Source: Amoebophrya sp. A120 (Eukaryota; Protista; Dinoflagellata). Taken from it: a DNA stretch of 64,000 nt. Made by a program: the position numbers and the translations under genes. Each line of letters begins with the position of its first letter. Position 1 is the stretch's first letter. The notes beneath the pieces were generated by a model. The model searched no databases and had not been told where the DNA came from. It saw only the letters and a list, made by a program, of their open reading frames with translations. The stretch is from contig CAJINV010000001.1 in assembly GCA_905178155.1 (NCBI GenBank), positions 9,631,865 to 9,695,864 on the forward strand, given 5' to 3'. Below, in pieces: positions 1-15,000 of this stretch.

Positions 1-55
1 AAGCTTGCCCTTCATGTTTTTTGCAAAAAAAGAAGTGTACTACTTTACATGACTT

Positions 56-3000
56 TCACAACTTTCGTGTGTTTTCATCGGTCCTGGTTGTTTCTCTTCT
101 TCTCCTTTCTTTGTGCACATTCTCTACTTTGTCCTTCCTCGGTAAGTCTTGTTCCTTTCCCTTTCTTGCGTCAGTCTTTCTACGAGAACGGTGACGCTGC
201 GTCTGGCCCACCTTCTCCTCGGCGCCTTTCTCCTGCCGTCGGCTTCCCGATGCATTGTCTTGCTGCTGAGAAACGTCGAGGCCGGATTTCTTTGTGCCGG
301 GCTCCTCGTCGAGCTTGATCTCATCGATAGACGCCAAGACTTCGTCCAATGCTTCCATTTTCTCATTCGGGTCCACCAGATCGGGCGAACACAAAGCAGA
401 TCCAGAAACGGATGCTCCGCTGCCTCCCGGGTTTTGATCAAGCGTCGCTGTGGTATCCTTCGTGCGGAATTCTCCTCGTTCCTTATTCGCGGCAATGAAA
501 CCGTCTTGCTGTCGGTCCTGTTTCTCGGACCCCACGGCTGCGTGATGTTTCTTCGCCTCCGGCACGGAGGCTTCTGCTTCCTTCTTGGATTTATTCTTGC
601 CGTGGTCCCCCGTTTTGGCCTCAACTTCTACAACTGAGTCCCTCGCTGCGCCGCGCGTCTTCCGGCGATCTCGCTCACGATGGTCACCACCAGTGCGCTC
701 TTCTTTCTTGTTCCGATGCCGGTCCCGGTCCTCATCCCGCTTATCATCTCGGTTCTTTATTTTGTTCCGGTCGCGACTCTTCTTGTGTTTCTGCTCACGA
801 CTGTCGTTAACATCATCGTCTCGGTCGCGAGCATCAGTTTTTTTCATCTTCTTCTCTTTCTTCTCGGAGGCGTCAACGTCTTCCTTCCTGCCATTCGGGG
901 ATCGCGGCCGCTTGTTATTCTTCTTCGTACCCTTTGCTTCATCCGATTTCGAGGTTTTTCGCTTGTCGCCGCGGTCCCGAGAAGGCTTCGGCTTCGTCTC
1001 TTTGTTTCTGTTATCCTCCTTGCGGTCCCGGTCGCGGTTTGTAGTTTTATCCGCCACAATTTCTACATCCTTGGCGCCAATGGTATCCCTCGATCTTTTA
1101 TTTCCGTGCTCGCGGCGTGTCTCGCGGCCCTGCGCGGTGCCATCGGAGCGATCGTCTTTGTTTCTCTTCGGCGGGTCTCTTTGCGCCGCTGTTGAGCGGC
1201 GGTTCTTTGGACGATGCTCATGCTTGGCCTCGTCGCGATCTTTTTTTTGTCCGCCACTATCATGGTCTTCTGATCGTCCACCTTTTTGCTTCTCCTTCGA
1301 CGCCTTTTCCTTCATCTGTGGTTCGTCCGCTTTTTGGTTCTTCTCTTTCGCGGCAAGCAACTCCTTCTGTCGCGCCTTTTCGGCCTCGGCCTGCTCCGCC
1401 CTCTTTTCGTATTCAAACCGCGGGTCAATTTTCGTCACAGGCGGCTGGGGTTCCGGTGGCGGCACCTTCTTGTCGCGATAGGAGCTGCCTTTTTCTTCCC
1501 CCGCTTCGGTCACATTCACGCCTTTGGTGTGACTTTTACTGCTGTTCTGCCTGCTCGACACGTTATTGTCGACGCCCTGCTGGGCAGTTGAAGAGGACGC
1601 TGCACAAGAGCTATTTTTTGATTTGTTCTCCACGATGCTTTGCGGCTTCTGATCCCATTTGCTCGAAAGCCTTTCGTTCCTCTCCGGCGCCGGTTGGCGA
1701 TCACCACGCTCGCGTTCTCTAGTACGTTCGCGTTCTCTACGGTCGCGTTCTTCACGTTGACGCTCACGCTCCCGGTCACCGCGGTAGCCATGATTGTAAT
1801 CGTTGCCCCGCTGCGGGTTCCTGCCACGATCGCCCCCCGCACCAGCCCCGCGTTGTTGGAAATCACGCTGATCCCCCGAGCGATAGCGATCCCGATCCCA
1901 ATGTCTGCAGTCCTGTCGCTCGCGATCCCTAGTCGTCGCGTCCCGCGCACCAGGGCGATCCTGGTTACGATCTCGATTCCGTGCCCTTCGGTCATCTCGG
2001 TCGCGATCCCTGTTCGTTTCCCACGGAGCAGGGCGATCTCGTTCCCGATCCCGATCGCGATCGTCACGCCTGCAAATACAAGTGGAGTTCACGATGTCAT
2101 TGTGTTCCACCAAGCACGAAGTAGAGCAGCATGACCACTCTGAGTCCTACCACGATAACTGCACCATGATAGCTGGCGCCATATCCCTTGCGATCCTTGT
2201 CATCACATCAGGGCATCAAGAACGTGATCATAAAACAAAAAGATACAGCGTAGTACTGCAACAAACTCAAGCTTTTTACCTGTTCCGGTCGTCGCCAGCA
2301 TCCATCCAAATATTATGATCGTTATGGAGGTAACCTGGTGCACCCCGACCGCTCCTCTGCCTACTGTCATGCCGGCCGCCGCGAACACGGTCTCGCCCTG
2401 CTGGCAGCTGACGATCGTTGGCTCCGCGCGCTCCTCGAGGAGAGTGAGATAGATGTCCACACTCCTGAGCGCTGCTGGTCTGTCTGGATGCGTTGTACTT
2501 GGGTTGATGTTGCTGCGAAAAGTTGGAGCTTGAGCGCGGTGGTTCCCAGGCGTCCCTTTTTTGCGTGGTCTTGCTGTCATTTTTGCCTTCTACGTTTGCG
2601 GGTTCTGCCTTTTGTCTTGTGAGGAACGGGAAGGTACTCGTCTCGGACGACAGAACCGGATGTTTTGATGTATCAGCAGAAGCAAAAGCCGTTCGGCCAT
2701 CAACACCCGTCTCACTCGCCTTGTCCTCGGACTGTTGCTTCATATCTTTCTGGCTGTGATTGTTGTTATCATCACCGGAAGAGCCCGGGGCATTATCCGG
2801 CTGCTCGGGTTTCGCAGTCGCACCTGACGATGCCGATGGGGCTCCCGCGCGCGCATCGAGAAGCGGCGCAAGGCCAGCAGTCTCTGGTCCTTTGTCGGCA
2901 GCAGATCCTTCAATGACCAGGCTAGCCGAAGGGTGGACCATCACATCAGCAGACGTGGCACGCTTCGTTTTCTTCCGCGGGCCGAGCGCTTGGTCCGCTT

Positions 3001-6000
3001 CCACCTTCGTTTCATGTTCCGCCTTGTCGTCTAGTTTCGACAAACGGCAATTTTCCGAGGTAGCCTGCTGCGATTCTGCGCTCTCGCGCCGACGACGTTT
3101 CTTTTTCTTCTTGGCCGAGGCGGGCCGCTGACGTAGGCTCGTACTTCCTTCCTTATCCTTCGGCACGTCTTGCGCAACACCTGGAACTACGTCAACGACC
3201 GCACTCTTTCTCACCGGCAAATCCTGGGCCTGCGGCTGCGTCTGCTCTTTGTCCTTCTTAAGGTTAATCTCTTCTACACCACTTTCACAGGAGGTCTCTA
3301 TCTTGTGCATCGCGTTCTCCAACTCCGAAGCACCGGGAAAGGCGGCAAGTTCATCACTTTTTTTCTGTTCTTCTACTGCCGGCAGGACCACCTTTTTTCC
3401 ATCCTTGTTGTTAATGTCCAGGGATCCCTCGCGTTCAGAAGGAGCAGCGTCTGCAGCGCGCGTGATTGCCTCTACTCCGGCCACGGCAGGTGGTGGCGCA
3501 GCCTGTTTCCCTTGTGCTTCTGCTGGGTGGAGTTCCACGTCATCCCGAATGAGAAGATTCTGCTTCATGACCTCGTCCTTCTGCTGGGAGACATCATCCG
3601 AAGACTTGTCTGCTTTGAACGCGTATGCTCCACTAGCTCCACCTGTTTCATGCGCCGGAAAAGCCGGCTGAGCCGCGAGAGCATCCTGTCCCACCATCTC
3701 TGAGGGCGATGCAGTCGCAACCTCCTGGTGCTGGCGCCCACTGCTTTCGGCCTGATCCTCCCTCTCTTCCAGGGAAGATTGCTCACCCTTCGCCTTCGCT
3801 TTGTCGTACTTCGTGCTGGCGTCTTTCTTTGGTCCTTCAGGTAGCCCATCCGCCTTAAACTGAATGGCCTCTGCATGTTGAGTCGCGTTTTCCTCACGAA
3901 CTTTGGGCGCTTCAACAAAAATGCTGTCCTGCTTCAGCTCCTTCGACGAGACAGCTTCATAATTTGCTCCCTCTGGCTTTTCAACTTCTACTCCAACTGC
4001 AACTCTAGACGTCGTGTCTGCTTTCGCCGCGTCGCTGTTCTTTTCCTCCGCTGGCACTTCAATCGTATACGCCTCCACTTTCGCGCTTTGTAGCTCCGGC
4101 ACCGTAATCTTGATGTCTTCCCCTTTAGCAGCATCTTCTACCTTTTGGGCAGGCGCCGAGAGTTCAGCTCCTGACCCGCGTGTCTCATTCTCTTGAACAT
4201 GCTCTACCGGTGCCTTGCTCTTTTCCGTCGCTAAGCAGGTTTCATTCGGGTCCTCGATCCGTTGTACGTCGACAGCGACAGCCTGAGGTTGTACCTCGGT
4301 CGCAACATTATCGGGCTGCATGTTTACGTCTTCGACTTGGCCAGAAATAACTGTGCTTCCTGAGCTGCCTGTCGCTGGTCCCGCGGTCGTGCTGGCCATG
4401 GCCAGGGGGTGCGGTATATATTGGTCGTGCGACTGCGACGAGACGGACGCTGGCGCTGCTGCTACCGAAGAAAACAACTCGTGCAGGTACTTTGTCTCGT
4501 CGTTCTGGTCATCGTTTAGAAGGTCGGGAACCAAAGGGCCATCGGGGAGAAGATCTGGCATCAAGGATGTGGCGCAAAAGCCGCCGGGGCTCACCGCGGT
4601 CGCAGCAGCAACATCAAATTCGTCTTGAAACACGGGCTGCATCGCCATCGTCGCAGAAGCACCGATCTGGTCGACAGGAAGAGAATTGATTTGAAGATCG
4701 CTATGCTCACGAACTTCAACTTCCGCTTGCGGCTCCGCTACCGCTTCCGGTTCCGACATGCGGGTTGCATGACAATCGTCCTTGTTGCCACCAGAAGCGT
4801 CAACTCTCTCGGCGGCAGGAGGTGCCTTACCACCACTTTCGTGCTCTACCACCTGTAGTTCTTGCGGGACCCGAGCCGCGGCCAACTCGTGTTGCTTGTC
4901 TTCATGAGCGCTCGTTCCTGAGACAAATGCGTTTACTGATCCAGCGGCGAAAGGAGGAGGAGTAGCTGGACGAGCTTCTGTATGTTCATCTGTAGAATTT
5001 TATGATACAGGGTGGGGTACGTAGAATTTCAACATTTTGTTGCAAATGCCGGTCGCGCAGAAAATGTGAGCGCTCACTACTTCATCAGATGCTCATGCTA
5101 TCGAACGGCGTACTTAATACGCGAAAAAATGCGACCAAGTTGTCACTGCAAGATCCTAGACCAACCAAATCCAAATACTTCTCGATACCAAAACATAACA
5201 AACAGAAATAAGTACGAATGGCTTTGATTTTCTGTGCTGCGTCCACTGGTGTTTCGGGCACAGCATCAACTACAACTTCAACGCGTGATTCTTCAGGAAC
5301 CGCACCTTTTTCGGACGACGCCGTGGCCGCAGCAGCAGACGCGACCGACGCGGTAGGGGCCGAAACTGTCAGAACGTCGGTGGTGTTAGCATCCGCGGGT
5401 GCAGCAACCTGGACTTTTCCTGCAACTGTACCTAGAATAAAGTAGGAGTAGAGTTTGTTCCTACTGTCCTATCTATACCGGGAGCTCGAAAGAGTTTTGA
5501 ATTTCAATAAACGTGAAGCAAAATAAAACTATGGACGAAAGGATACAGAGCACGTGCTTGGAAAGGAGAAAAAAACGCGAAGTCGCAATGGCAATACCAA
5601 TGGAAGAAGTCGAGCTTTGTTCTGCCTCGGCAACGGCAGATTCGGGCTGGTCTGTGGTTGCACCAATCAGAGGAAGTTTTTCTGGACCTTTGCCTTTCTT
5701 CTCGGGGACAGAATCTTGCGTGTGTGTGGTGAGCGTCACAGAAGCAGAAGGGGGCTTCGTTGAAATTTCGCTGGCGCCAAGAAGTTGCTTCGCACCTGCA
5801 GAGAGAAAAAAGTCACAAGATGCTACTTTCTCTTCACATGCACGATCATGTGACTTTGCATACCGGCCAACTTGCGAAAAGCCAAACAAGAACCACAGAA
5901 AGTGGGATTAGAGTCTAAGTAGAAGTACGCGGTGCTATCTAAGCTCACCCAGACCCAGTAGAAAAAGGGCGCAAAGGCAAACAAGGTAAATAAATAGCAC

Positions 6001-9000
6001 TTTCTGAGCTTTGCGTTGCGTCGTTGCGGCTCACTGCATCCGCTCTCGAGTCCTGAGCCTCCTTGTTTGAAAACGCCGCGACAGTAGAAGCGACCGCTCC
6101 CGTCTTCGCATTTTTTTCTTCTTCAAGTATCTCACCTGTGACGTGTTAATGTACGCACAGCATTGGCGTTAGTTTTACTTGATCAAAATCAGACATAAGC
6201 TATTCCTTCCAGATTAGTTGCACACAACAGAATAGTGAATGTTAACGTTGACATCGAATGATGTGGCATGACTGTGAAAATGACCACCTTGAGCAGTCGC
6301 CAGTAACATTTTCAGTCCAATTCCAAGTATTAGCATTTATTCATACATACCTTCAACTTCAACCGCCCGCACAGCTTGATCGCAGACTTTTACCTCGTCT
6401 TTTCTTCCGAGAGAGGTCCCATCTGCATGCGACTGAGCATCCGTATCCGGAAATGCGTTTGCAGCATGAGCGCCTTTCGTTTCATATTGCACTCCGACTG
6501 CAGGGGGACGCTGCTCACACTCACCAGCAACGATCATTTTCTCTTGGTCGGCAACTACAAGCTTTTTCTCTTGGTCGGCAACAGTCTTCTCGCCCTGGTC
6601 GGCACCAGTCTTTTCTCCTTGGTCGGCAAGACGCATACCTCTTTCTCCAACACCAAGCTTACCTGCTCCAGTTGAACTCCGACTTTCCTTCGCCGGTATT
6701 GAAGTTTCATCTCTTTTCCCAGACTCGAGTGGTGCCACAACCGCACAGTCTCGAGAAGAAACAGCCTGGGTTGCTGGTGCACTCTCCGAGGCGGCGCCCG
6801 ACGGAATTATCGACATAGTTGCAGCTGGTGGTTGATGTTCTGGTGGAGCCTCCGACTTCTGTGCTCTAGCAGCACGCCCGGCTACCGGTCCCGTCGCCTT
6901 CTTGCTGCCTGCCCGGCTTTGTTCAGATTCCTGATTTGAGTGGGCTGGCACAAGCGCCGGCCCTGCGCTTGAATCGCCACGTCGGTCGCGCTTATTTCCG
7001 GTGGAAGTGGTTGCTGTCTTGGAATTAGAACGCTGCTCCTCTCCACATTTCGGAATAGCCAAAGCGACCAAAGCCTGCAGCTCTTCAGCGCTTATCATGC
7101 CACTCTCTTTCGTCTCAGTCTTGGTGTTACCCGGTTGTAGTTCCTCGGAGGATGCGGGTTGTTCTTCCGCCGCGTTCTCCCCAGACGACGCGGTCGCACT
7201 TGCCGCGGAGGTGGCTGGGGCGACGCTCGTGGCAGCAGATTGTTGGTCGTTGAAGATGTTGGAAACACGCTGAACGTCAGGAAAAGTAGAGAGTTGAGTT
7301 CGATCAGCCCATCCAGATGTTGAAACGCGAGGCCCGACAGCTCCCATAAAGTCTTCCCAAGGAGCTGGCTGCTGATAGTCCGCTGATCCTTGATCCGCCC
7401 AAGACCACTGCTCCACCGTCTGATGTGGTGCGCTGCTTGACGCGTCGTGGCCGTAGGGAAAGCACTGGTGCTCCATCAACTGGCTTCCGACGGTCCACGG
7501 ATCTGCGAATCCGAAAGAAGACGCAGCCGGATCTGAGTATGACAGTTAGTTTTGCATACAACTACGGATCACGCCGGCTTTTGCCTCGAAAGAATTGAGA
7601 GGTCGATCCGAGTTACATCTTCAGGAAGGAATGGCGCAGCAACATAATGGATATGCATTCAGTTTCGGAGAGCACTAACTAGAAAACAAGATGAAGAGAT
7701 CATGGTCAACATACATGCGGTGCTCGTTTATACCATGCCTCGATGTCGTGGGAAAGGAGGGAAAAGTAGGCGTGCTGAGCGAGAAATCATTTACGGATTT
7801 CGAAGATGCGGCACAGCTTCCTACGGGAGGAGGATCCATCGTGACCGGACCCATCCAAGACGGGTTGTAATCTGCAGCGCCAATCGTAGCGGAGTAGTTG
7901 GTCGTGCTCAGTTCTTTTGCATTCCAAAGACTCTCAAACAGTTCGGCGTCGGTCACGGACTGGGATTTTGCAGTTGTGTGATTATCCTGTGCAAAAGTAT
8001 CGTACTCGTATAAATCCGCTAAAATTTCTATGCAGAATCTGACGGACAAGTCGGTGAGAAGTCGGTTGCGAAGTTGGTTGCGAAGTTGGTGCGGAAGTCG
8101 GTGAGAAGTGGCGCGCGCCACTTCTCACCGACTTCCGCACCAACTTCGGTGAGAAGTGGCGTCGCGCCGCGACATGCTGGCGTCGTTCTCGCCTCGACCA
8201 AGCGACGCGTCGCGTCACTCCGTCGCTGCGAGTTATATCGTGCTCGCTGCTTGCAGTTGCCACTGCAGCTGCAAGAGCTGGAAGGAACAGCGCTGCAGAT
8301 AAATGGAAAGAAGACCGCAGTCTTGTTCTGTCCGTTTATCTGCAGTGCAGTTTCATCAGTTAGCACGACGGAACCACGCGCAAAGCCGTATACAAGAGGC
8401 GGCAGGCCGCGCGACCGTGATTTCTGCGCGCGCGCATCTGTCCTGCGTGCAGCCATCAAAGAAAGAATCGCCGGAAGCGGAAGACAGCTTCCCTCGGCGA
8501 TGTGGAGCTGCGCGCGGCTTGGGCGGGCAAGCTTTGAACGCCGGCCATTCTCGCCTGGCGCTGATTAATTAATTGATTAGCTGAGCAGCCAATTACTCAG
8601 CTAATCAATTGATATATTGTCTGCGTTTTATTTGTTTTCACAAAAAAACGCGAGTTTGCGTGCGCCCTACATCAAGTAATGCGCAAATCAATAGCTCACT
8701 TCTCAACAACTTCTCCACGCACTTCTCAACAGCTTCGCGACGAACTTCCCGACGCACTTCGCAGCAAGCTTTAAGCTTTTGGAGGCGTCATGCAAGAATT
8801 AGCATGACGCCTCCAAAAGCTCAAAGCTTGCCGCAGAATGCGCCGGAATGTTCGTCGCGAAGCTGGTAAGATGAAGTGCGTAGAGATGTTGTTGAGAAGT
8901 GAGTTATTGCTTTGTGCATTAATTGATGTAACGCGCCGCGCTTGCCGCAAAATGCGGCGTCGGCGTGCTTTTTACGTGCGGCCACGAATCGAGGCCCGGG

Positions 9001-12000
9001 ATATTCCTTCTGAGACGTCCTAGCCGGAAGCCTGTCAGGAGCTTCGCGTGGATTTCAACTCTGCGTCAAGCGTCGGAACAACCGCGGCAAGCGGTCTACG
9101 CCAACTTCTCAACAGCTGGGAAGTTGGTGAAAAGGTTGGGAAGAAGTTGATCATAAGTTGTTGGGAAGTTGGTGAGAAGTTATATTCATGCCAGTAGCGG
9201 ATTTATACGAGTACGATACTTTTGCACAGGATAGTGATCTTCGGGCAACAACGTTTCTCCAGACAGCGGTGCTGCGGAAGAGAAGGATGAAGACGAAGAT
9301 GGGACAATGACAGGTTCTTCGGCACGCGCACAGGCCTTATCTTGATTTGCTTGAAGCTCTTCTACAGCTTGATGATGGGGCTTCCCCGCGGTGGTACTTT
9401 CTGTAGCTTCCTTGATCGTCGTGGTCTCGTCGACGATTTGCTCTCCCACCAGATCGGGAATTGCAGGAGCAGCCTTTTCTTTGACTGCAGTATCACCATC
9501 AGAGGGTCTTTCAACTTGTACTTCAATACATTTCTGCTTCTCTTCCACTTTATTTCCGGCGGCTGAAGCCGAGGGCGCGCTGTTTTCATCTTTATTGCCG
9601 GGGACTGCAATCTGATTTGCGGTGTTTTCCTTTTCGGCAGGGACTGCTACCTGATTCGGGTTGTTTTCCTTGTTTCCGGAGACGACTGCAAACGGCGGAT
9701 TTGCGTTGTTTTCCTTTATTCCGACGGCTGCAGCATCTGCGACCGGATTTGCGTCACTTCCTTTTTTGGTTGCAAATGCAGTCGTATCTGCAGTCGCATT
9801 TGCGTTGCCGGCACTGGCAGACGAACTCGCGGGAATCTGGTTCTGGATCTGGGCCGTATCTTTACCTACCGGGGCCGCCTTATAATCGCCCTTCCTATTA
9901 CTATCTTCCTCCTTGCCAGTTTTTCGCCGCTTTCGAATCTTGTTCATCTCCTCCTCGTCCTCTTCTTCGAGCTCGAAAACACGGCGGGGCTTATCAACTG
10001 GTCCCCCGCGGACGGACTCTTGGCGCGAGCCGGTGCGGTCACGACGGCCGCGGGAATCACGACGGCCGCGGGATTCGCGCCGACCGCGGCCGCCCCGGTG
10101 GTCGTGCCAGCGGTTAATATCGCGAGCGCTCGTATGCCAGTGTTCCCGGTCGTACCGATCGCGGTCGTGGCGGCGGTTTTCCCGAGCGCTTGTATGCCGG
10201 TGGTCCCGTCCTTTGTCATTCGCACTAAACCCTGCAACCCTGGACGAGGCAAGTTCCTGAATGCCCTGCTTGCCCGCCGAGTCATAATCCTTACTGGGAA
10301 AGCGCCCGCGATCCGTACTAGCTCGTTTTCTCCTGCTGCCCTCTTGTTCATGATAATGATCGCGACCTTGTTTATTTTTCGAGAAGTCCGCGCCAGTAGT
10401 GTCAGCCTCCTTGTTGCTTCGTTGTCCTCCCCGCACGCCGTCATAGTTTCCATCATTCTGCTGTTGAGCCCCGTCAGCGAGGGTGTCTTTCCTGCCACGC
10501 CTCATTTCCCAGGAACGTGCGCGCTCATTGACGTGCACGTCTTTCGCGTCGGTATCCTTTCTATCTCGAACTCGATCACGTTTTATGTGTGGGGAACGTG
10601 TGGTCTTTCGATCATGCTGGCGCGGGGAATGCGACCGGCTTCGCTTTCCGCCCTTAGCACTGATTTTTTTGGTGACCGCAGCAAGGCTCTGCCTTTCATC
10701 GTCCAGATTTTTCTTCTCTATCCTTTCGCCGCCAGCAGTGTCAGTGTCTAGCTTCGCCTCTTGTCCATCCTCGTTGTTGTGGTCCTCTTTCGTTTTAGTA
10801 TTACCAACGACGTCGTAGTACGTGCCAGACGCGCTCGTGGTCGCTGCGGGCACAATATCTTCAGATGGCACAGCCATCCACCAGGGCTCCGACGACGCAG
10901 ACAGCGGCGCATCATTTGGAATATTAGCTTGGGGCAGTTCACTCTGCGCTTCACGAGCTAGATCTCCACTCGCTGTCGTGGGGCCTTTCCCTTTATTTTC
11001 CCCTTTCGGCGGGGGAAGGTCGCCTTTGCATTTCCCTTTTTCAGAGCTGCTGCCGAACTTGGAAGTGAAGCTCTTCCATATTTCCTTTTCTTGTTCTTTG
11101 GTTTTTCCCTTGATGGTTGCTGCTGCGCAATTCTTCCCGCCCTTATCGCCTTTCTTGCTTCCCTTAGCAGCTCCACCAGTTTTTCTGCCAGTTGCAGCTG
11201 GCGGCGCAGAAGAAGCCGACTGCGAGTCTTTGTTCGAAATTGCTGCTCCTTTCTTATCCACAGGTCCCTTCCCCTTTTCGACGGAGCCAACCTTACTGGC
11301 GTTTTTTCCCGGCCCTTTGCCTTTCGATCGCTTTCCCTCCCATGGAGCTGGCTCGCGGTTTTTGTGTTTTTCTTGCTCCTGCTGCTTCTCGTTTTCGTTC
11401 GCAGCGTTTGCCTTTTGATCTTGATGTGATTCGCCCGCGTCGTCCAGAGGAATTTTCCAACCCTCATCACGTGCATTCGTACGCGCCGACGCCGTTACAG
11501 TAGTCTTTGAAGCTTTCCGATTTCTATCATGCCCTTCCTCCTTGGAGAGGAGGTCTTTTTCGGGCTTGATCAACGAGTCCTTCAGTGACGCAGACGCGAT
11601 GTTGGGTTTCTCCACTTTCTCCCGCCCTTTGTCAAGCTGTTTTTGCCTTTGGTCGTGCTCAGGTACTTCCATAGCAGTAGTTTTCTTTCTTCCTCGGTCG
11701 CCCTTGTCGGAACAAGCCACGACGGCAGGCACGGAGGGATCAGAAGATTTCTTGTAGTTGGTAGAATCAGTGTGCGCGGCTGCAGTCCCTGGTCGTTGTT
11801 GTGCCTGCTTTTCCTCTGCTTTTTCATTCTTCTCCGCTGCAGCGGCTTGCGGTTTTTTACTAATTCGAGCGGCGGCCACTGTCTCACTCACATGCGCTTC
11901 ATCTGCAACGACGGAGGGAGCAGACTTGTTTTGGACGACCGGATCAGCCGACGAGGCAGCTGAGGCGGGCAATATAGATGCTGAAGCCTTCTCGACAGGG

Positions 12001-15000
12001 TTTCCTGATTCACACGGAGTTTGCACCGGTTTGATGTTGTTCAAACGCGAGTCATTACGGTCACCTTTGCTCTTACCCTGTTCCGCACTAGAGAGCGCTG
12101 CGTCGTTCCTCGAATTTTCGTGCTCTTTGCCTTCGATGTCTGCTGCTGCAACGACGGGCGGCAGAAGGCTACCAACCACAGGTGGCGGTACACTACCTGC
12201 AACCTCCTGCGGCGGCAGGCTGCCGGCAACAACCGGAGGCGGAAGACTAGCGGCAACCGCTGGCGGATGGCTACCGGGAACTTCAGACGCGAACGCGCCT
12301 CCGCCCTTAGTCTTACCCAGCCCCTTCATGTCGCGAAACTTCTTCCTCCGAGGCGGAGCAGGAGCAGGAGGTCGAGGGGCGGCAGAGGGTTCGGCTGCAA
12401 CGGGTGCCGACGCGGCAGGAGGAGGCGCGCGAACTGTTTCGCCGGCCCTTGGCCGCTGAGGTACTTCTAGATCTAATGGAGGGAGGCGCGGGGCTGGCTC
12501 GCGGTACAAAGGCCCGTTTTTCGGAGAGGCACGTTCTAGAATGGATGGAATGTGGCACGAATTCGAGTTCGACCTCCCCCGTGTCTCGGTTTGACCCGGT
12601 TGCTCTGCAACTGGATCTGGAACTGCTGGCTGCATTGTCTTTCGTGCCATGCCCAGCCCAGCTCCTTCAGAAGAGCTCGCACTGCTTGACTGCTGTTCTG
12701 GCTGACCAACGTGGTCGTAGTCGGCGCGTTTTTGCTCCTTCGACTCCTGAACAGCGGGCACCTCGTTTATGCTCGTCTCGCTTTCCAGCACTCGCGCTGG
12801 CACGTCAGCTACGACACAAGGCGCAGATGATTGCTCGGCTTGACGCAGTTGTGCCGCAGAGGCTGTGGAAGAAGACGAAGCAGGAAGGTTTTCTTGTTTT
12901 GTCCCCTCCGGTAATTGAAGACTGCTGCTGGCGCTTTCTTTTTGCAGGCCAACAGCTTCACCACCCTTAGGTGTGCTTACAGAGCAAGCCGCAACCGCAG
13001 CCAGCGATTCAGTTCCTGCATCTTCTTTATTTCCCTTAATTTCCGTCGATTCCTTCGCCAGTTTTGGCGATTTAGAAGCCAAGTCGACTTCTCCAACGTC
13101 GGCAGGGAGTAGAGGCTCACCCTCTATTGCCGCATCGGCTTTTTCTTTTTGTGCAGGAGGAGAAGGCGGGGGAATGTTCGTGTTGCTTTGGACTGGTGCT
13201 GGAAGTGGCTGGTCCTGCGGTTCTTCCTTGCTGCTGTGCACCTGTGCGTCGCCTGGGACTGGGCCTGGCGCTGGGTTTTTTCCTACGATAGATGTTGCCG
13301 TTGCCGCAGCAGCAGCATCTGCGGTAGCCTGGCCGCGCGATTCCTTTTCGCAGTCTTCACTTGACTTTTCCACTGTTTTACCCGGCAGCTCCGCCACTTT
13401 ATCATCCGCGGTTTTAATTTTATCGACTTGCGCAACTTCACCACCAGGGGTGAACTTCTTTGCTTCATCTGTGCCTTTGACAGGTTTCTCTTGTGCTACA
13501 GCATCTGTCAGTTGTAAAGCGGAGCTGCCTAAAGCAGGGTCGTCGTGCGATTCCTTCTGATTTATGGTGAGCGAGCGGTCTTCTACTGCTGCAAGCTTCG
13601 CTGGCGCAGCAACCTCTGCAGTCGAGCGCCGCGGTTCTTCTCGATCAGCAGCAGTTTCCGGTAGTTCCCACGCTGGCCTGCCCGCTGCCACTCCCTCAAC
13701 GCCGCCAGTGACAGTTTCTGTGTCCGGGACCGGATTTGCTACATGCGCAATCATTGCATTTTGATTTGCGTTTTCATCTGCCCGCTCGACGAGCTGCGGT
13801 AGACTCGGAGGCTGCTCTGGCACCTGCTCGCCCGCGGCCTTCACATACGGCCCTGGCTGCTGCAGCGATTGTTCCTGTGGCACTCTGGTACTTGCTTTCA
13901 CATCTTCATCTCCGGCTCCCGGCGATTTTGTGGCTCCCGCATCTGGAAAAATTGCGGACTTTTCATCATCCTCAGGAGTGTGCGACGCTGCTTCCATTTT
14001 CTGCACTGGGTCGTCTTTCGCGAGAGCAGCCGCATCTTCCCTGGCCTTAGGCTCCGCTCTCTCGCCCGTCGCCGGCACAAGCGGCCCTGGCGGCTGCAGC
14101 GACTGTTTCGCTCTTGTACTTGCTTGCGCGTCAGCGTCTTCCGCTGCAACCAATTTTTTGGTTTCCGGAGCTGGTTGCACCGACTTCTCATCATGATCTC
14201 CAGAAGTTGAAGTGTGCAATGGTGTTGCTTCAATCTTAGTGTTCTTCACTGGGTCAGGTTTCGAAAGAGCAGCCGCATTTTCTCCGGCCTTAGGCGGCGC
14301 TGCATCCCCCGCCTTCACAGGCGGCTCTGGTTGCTGCAGCGATTTTTCCGCTGTCGTGCTTGCTTTCACGTTTTCATCTTCGGCTGCCGCTGATTTTGTG
14401 GCTTCCGCGTCTGCCAGAATTCTTGCGGACTTTTCATCGTGATGATCTCCAGAAGTGTGCAGGGTTGCAGCTTCAATCTTATTCACTGGGTCGGGTTTCG
14501 GAAGAGCAGCCGCATCTTCACTGGCTTTAGGCGGCACTACCTCGCCCGCCCTTGCAGGCGGCCCTCCTGGTTGCTGCAGCGACTGTTGTTGTTCGTCCGC
14601 TCTGGTACTTGCTTTCACGTCTCCATCTTCGGCCGCAGCCAATTTTTTCGTTTCCGGAGCTGGCCGCACAATTGCGGACTTCTTATCATGATCTCCAGCA
14701 GGTGAAGTGTCGTGCAATGGTGTTTCAATCATGTTCACAGGGTCAGGCTTCGCAAGAGCAGCCGCATCTTCTCTGGCCTTAGGCGGCGCTGGCACAGTCA
14801 CGCGATCGCATTCTGGCCATACTTTGGCGGATAGTTGATGCGAAGATGGCACAGAAAGAACAGGTGGCGAGCTACTCACTACAGCTGGTGCGTCCTGCTG
14901 CTTGTTGGTGCTCCTTGCTGCATCATCAAGAACATTGACATTCTTATTCGGATCATCTGCTGCTCCTGTCGCTTTTACCGATGAATTAGAATTGCAAACC

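Noticed and set aside
8048-8160. 12-mer repeat array as a possible CRISPR
   Set aside because: No unique spacers, no cas genes, and a eukaryotic context; it is part of element 1.
9186-9233. Stop codon of the 3185-aa ORF as the true gene end
   Set aside because: The last residues (YPVQKYRTRINPLLA) are read from the element end, and the frame resumes at 7977 after the element.
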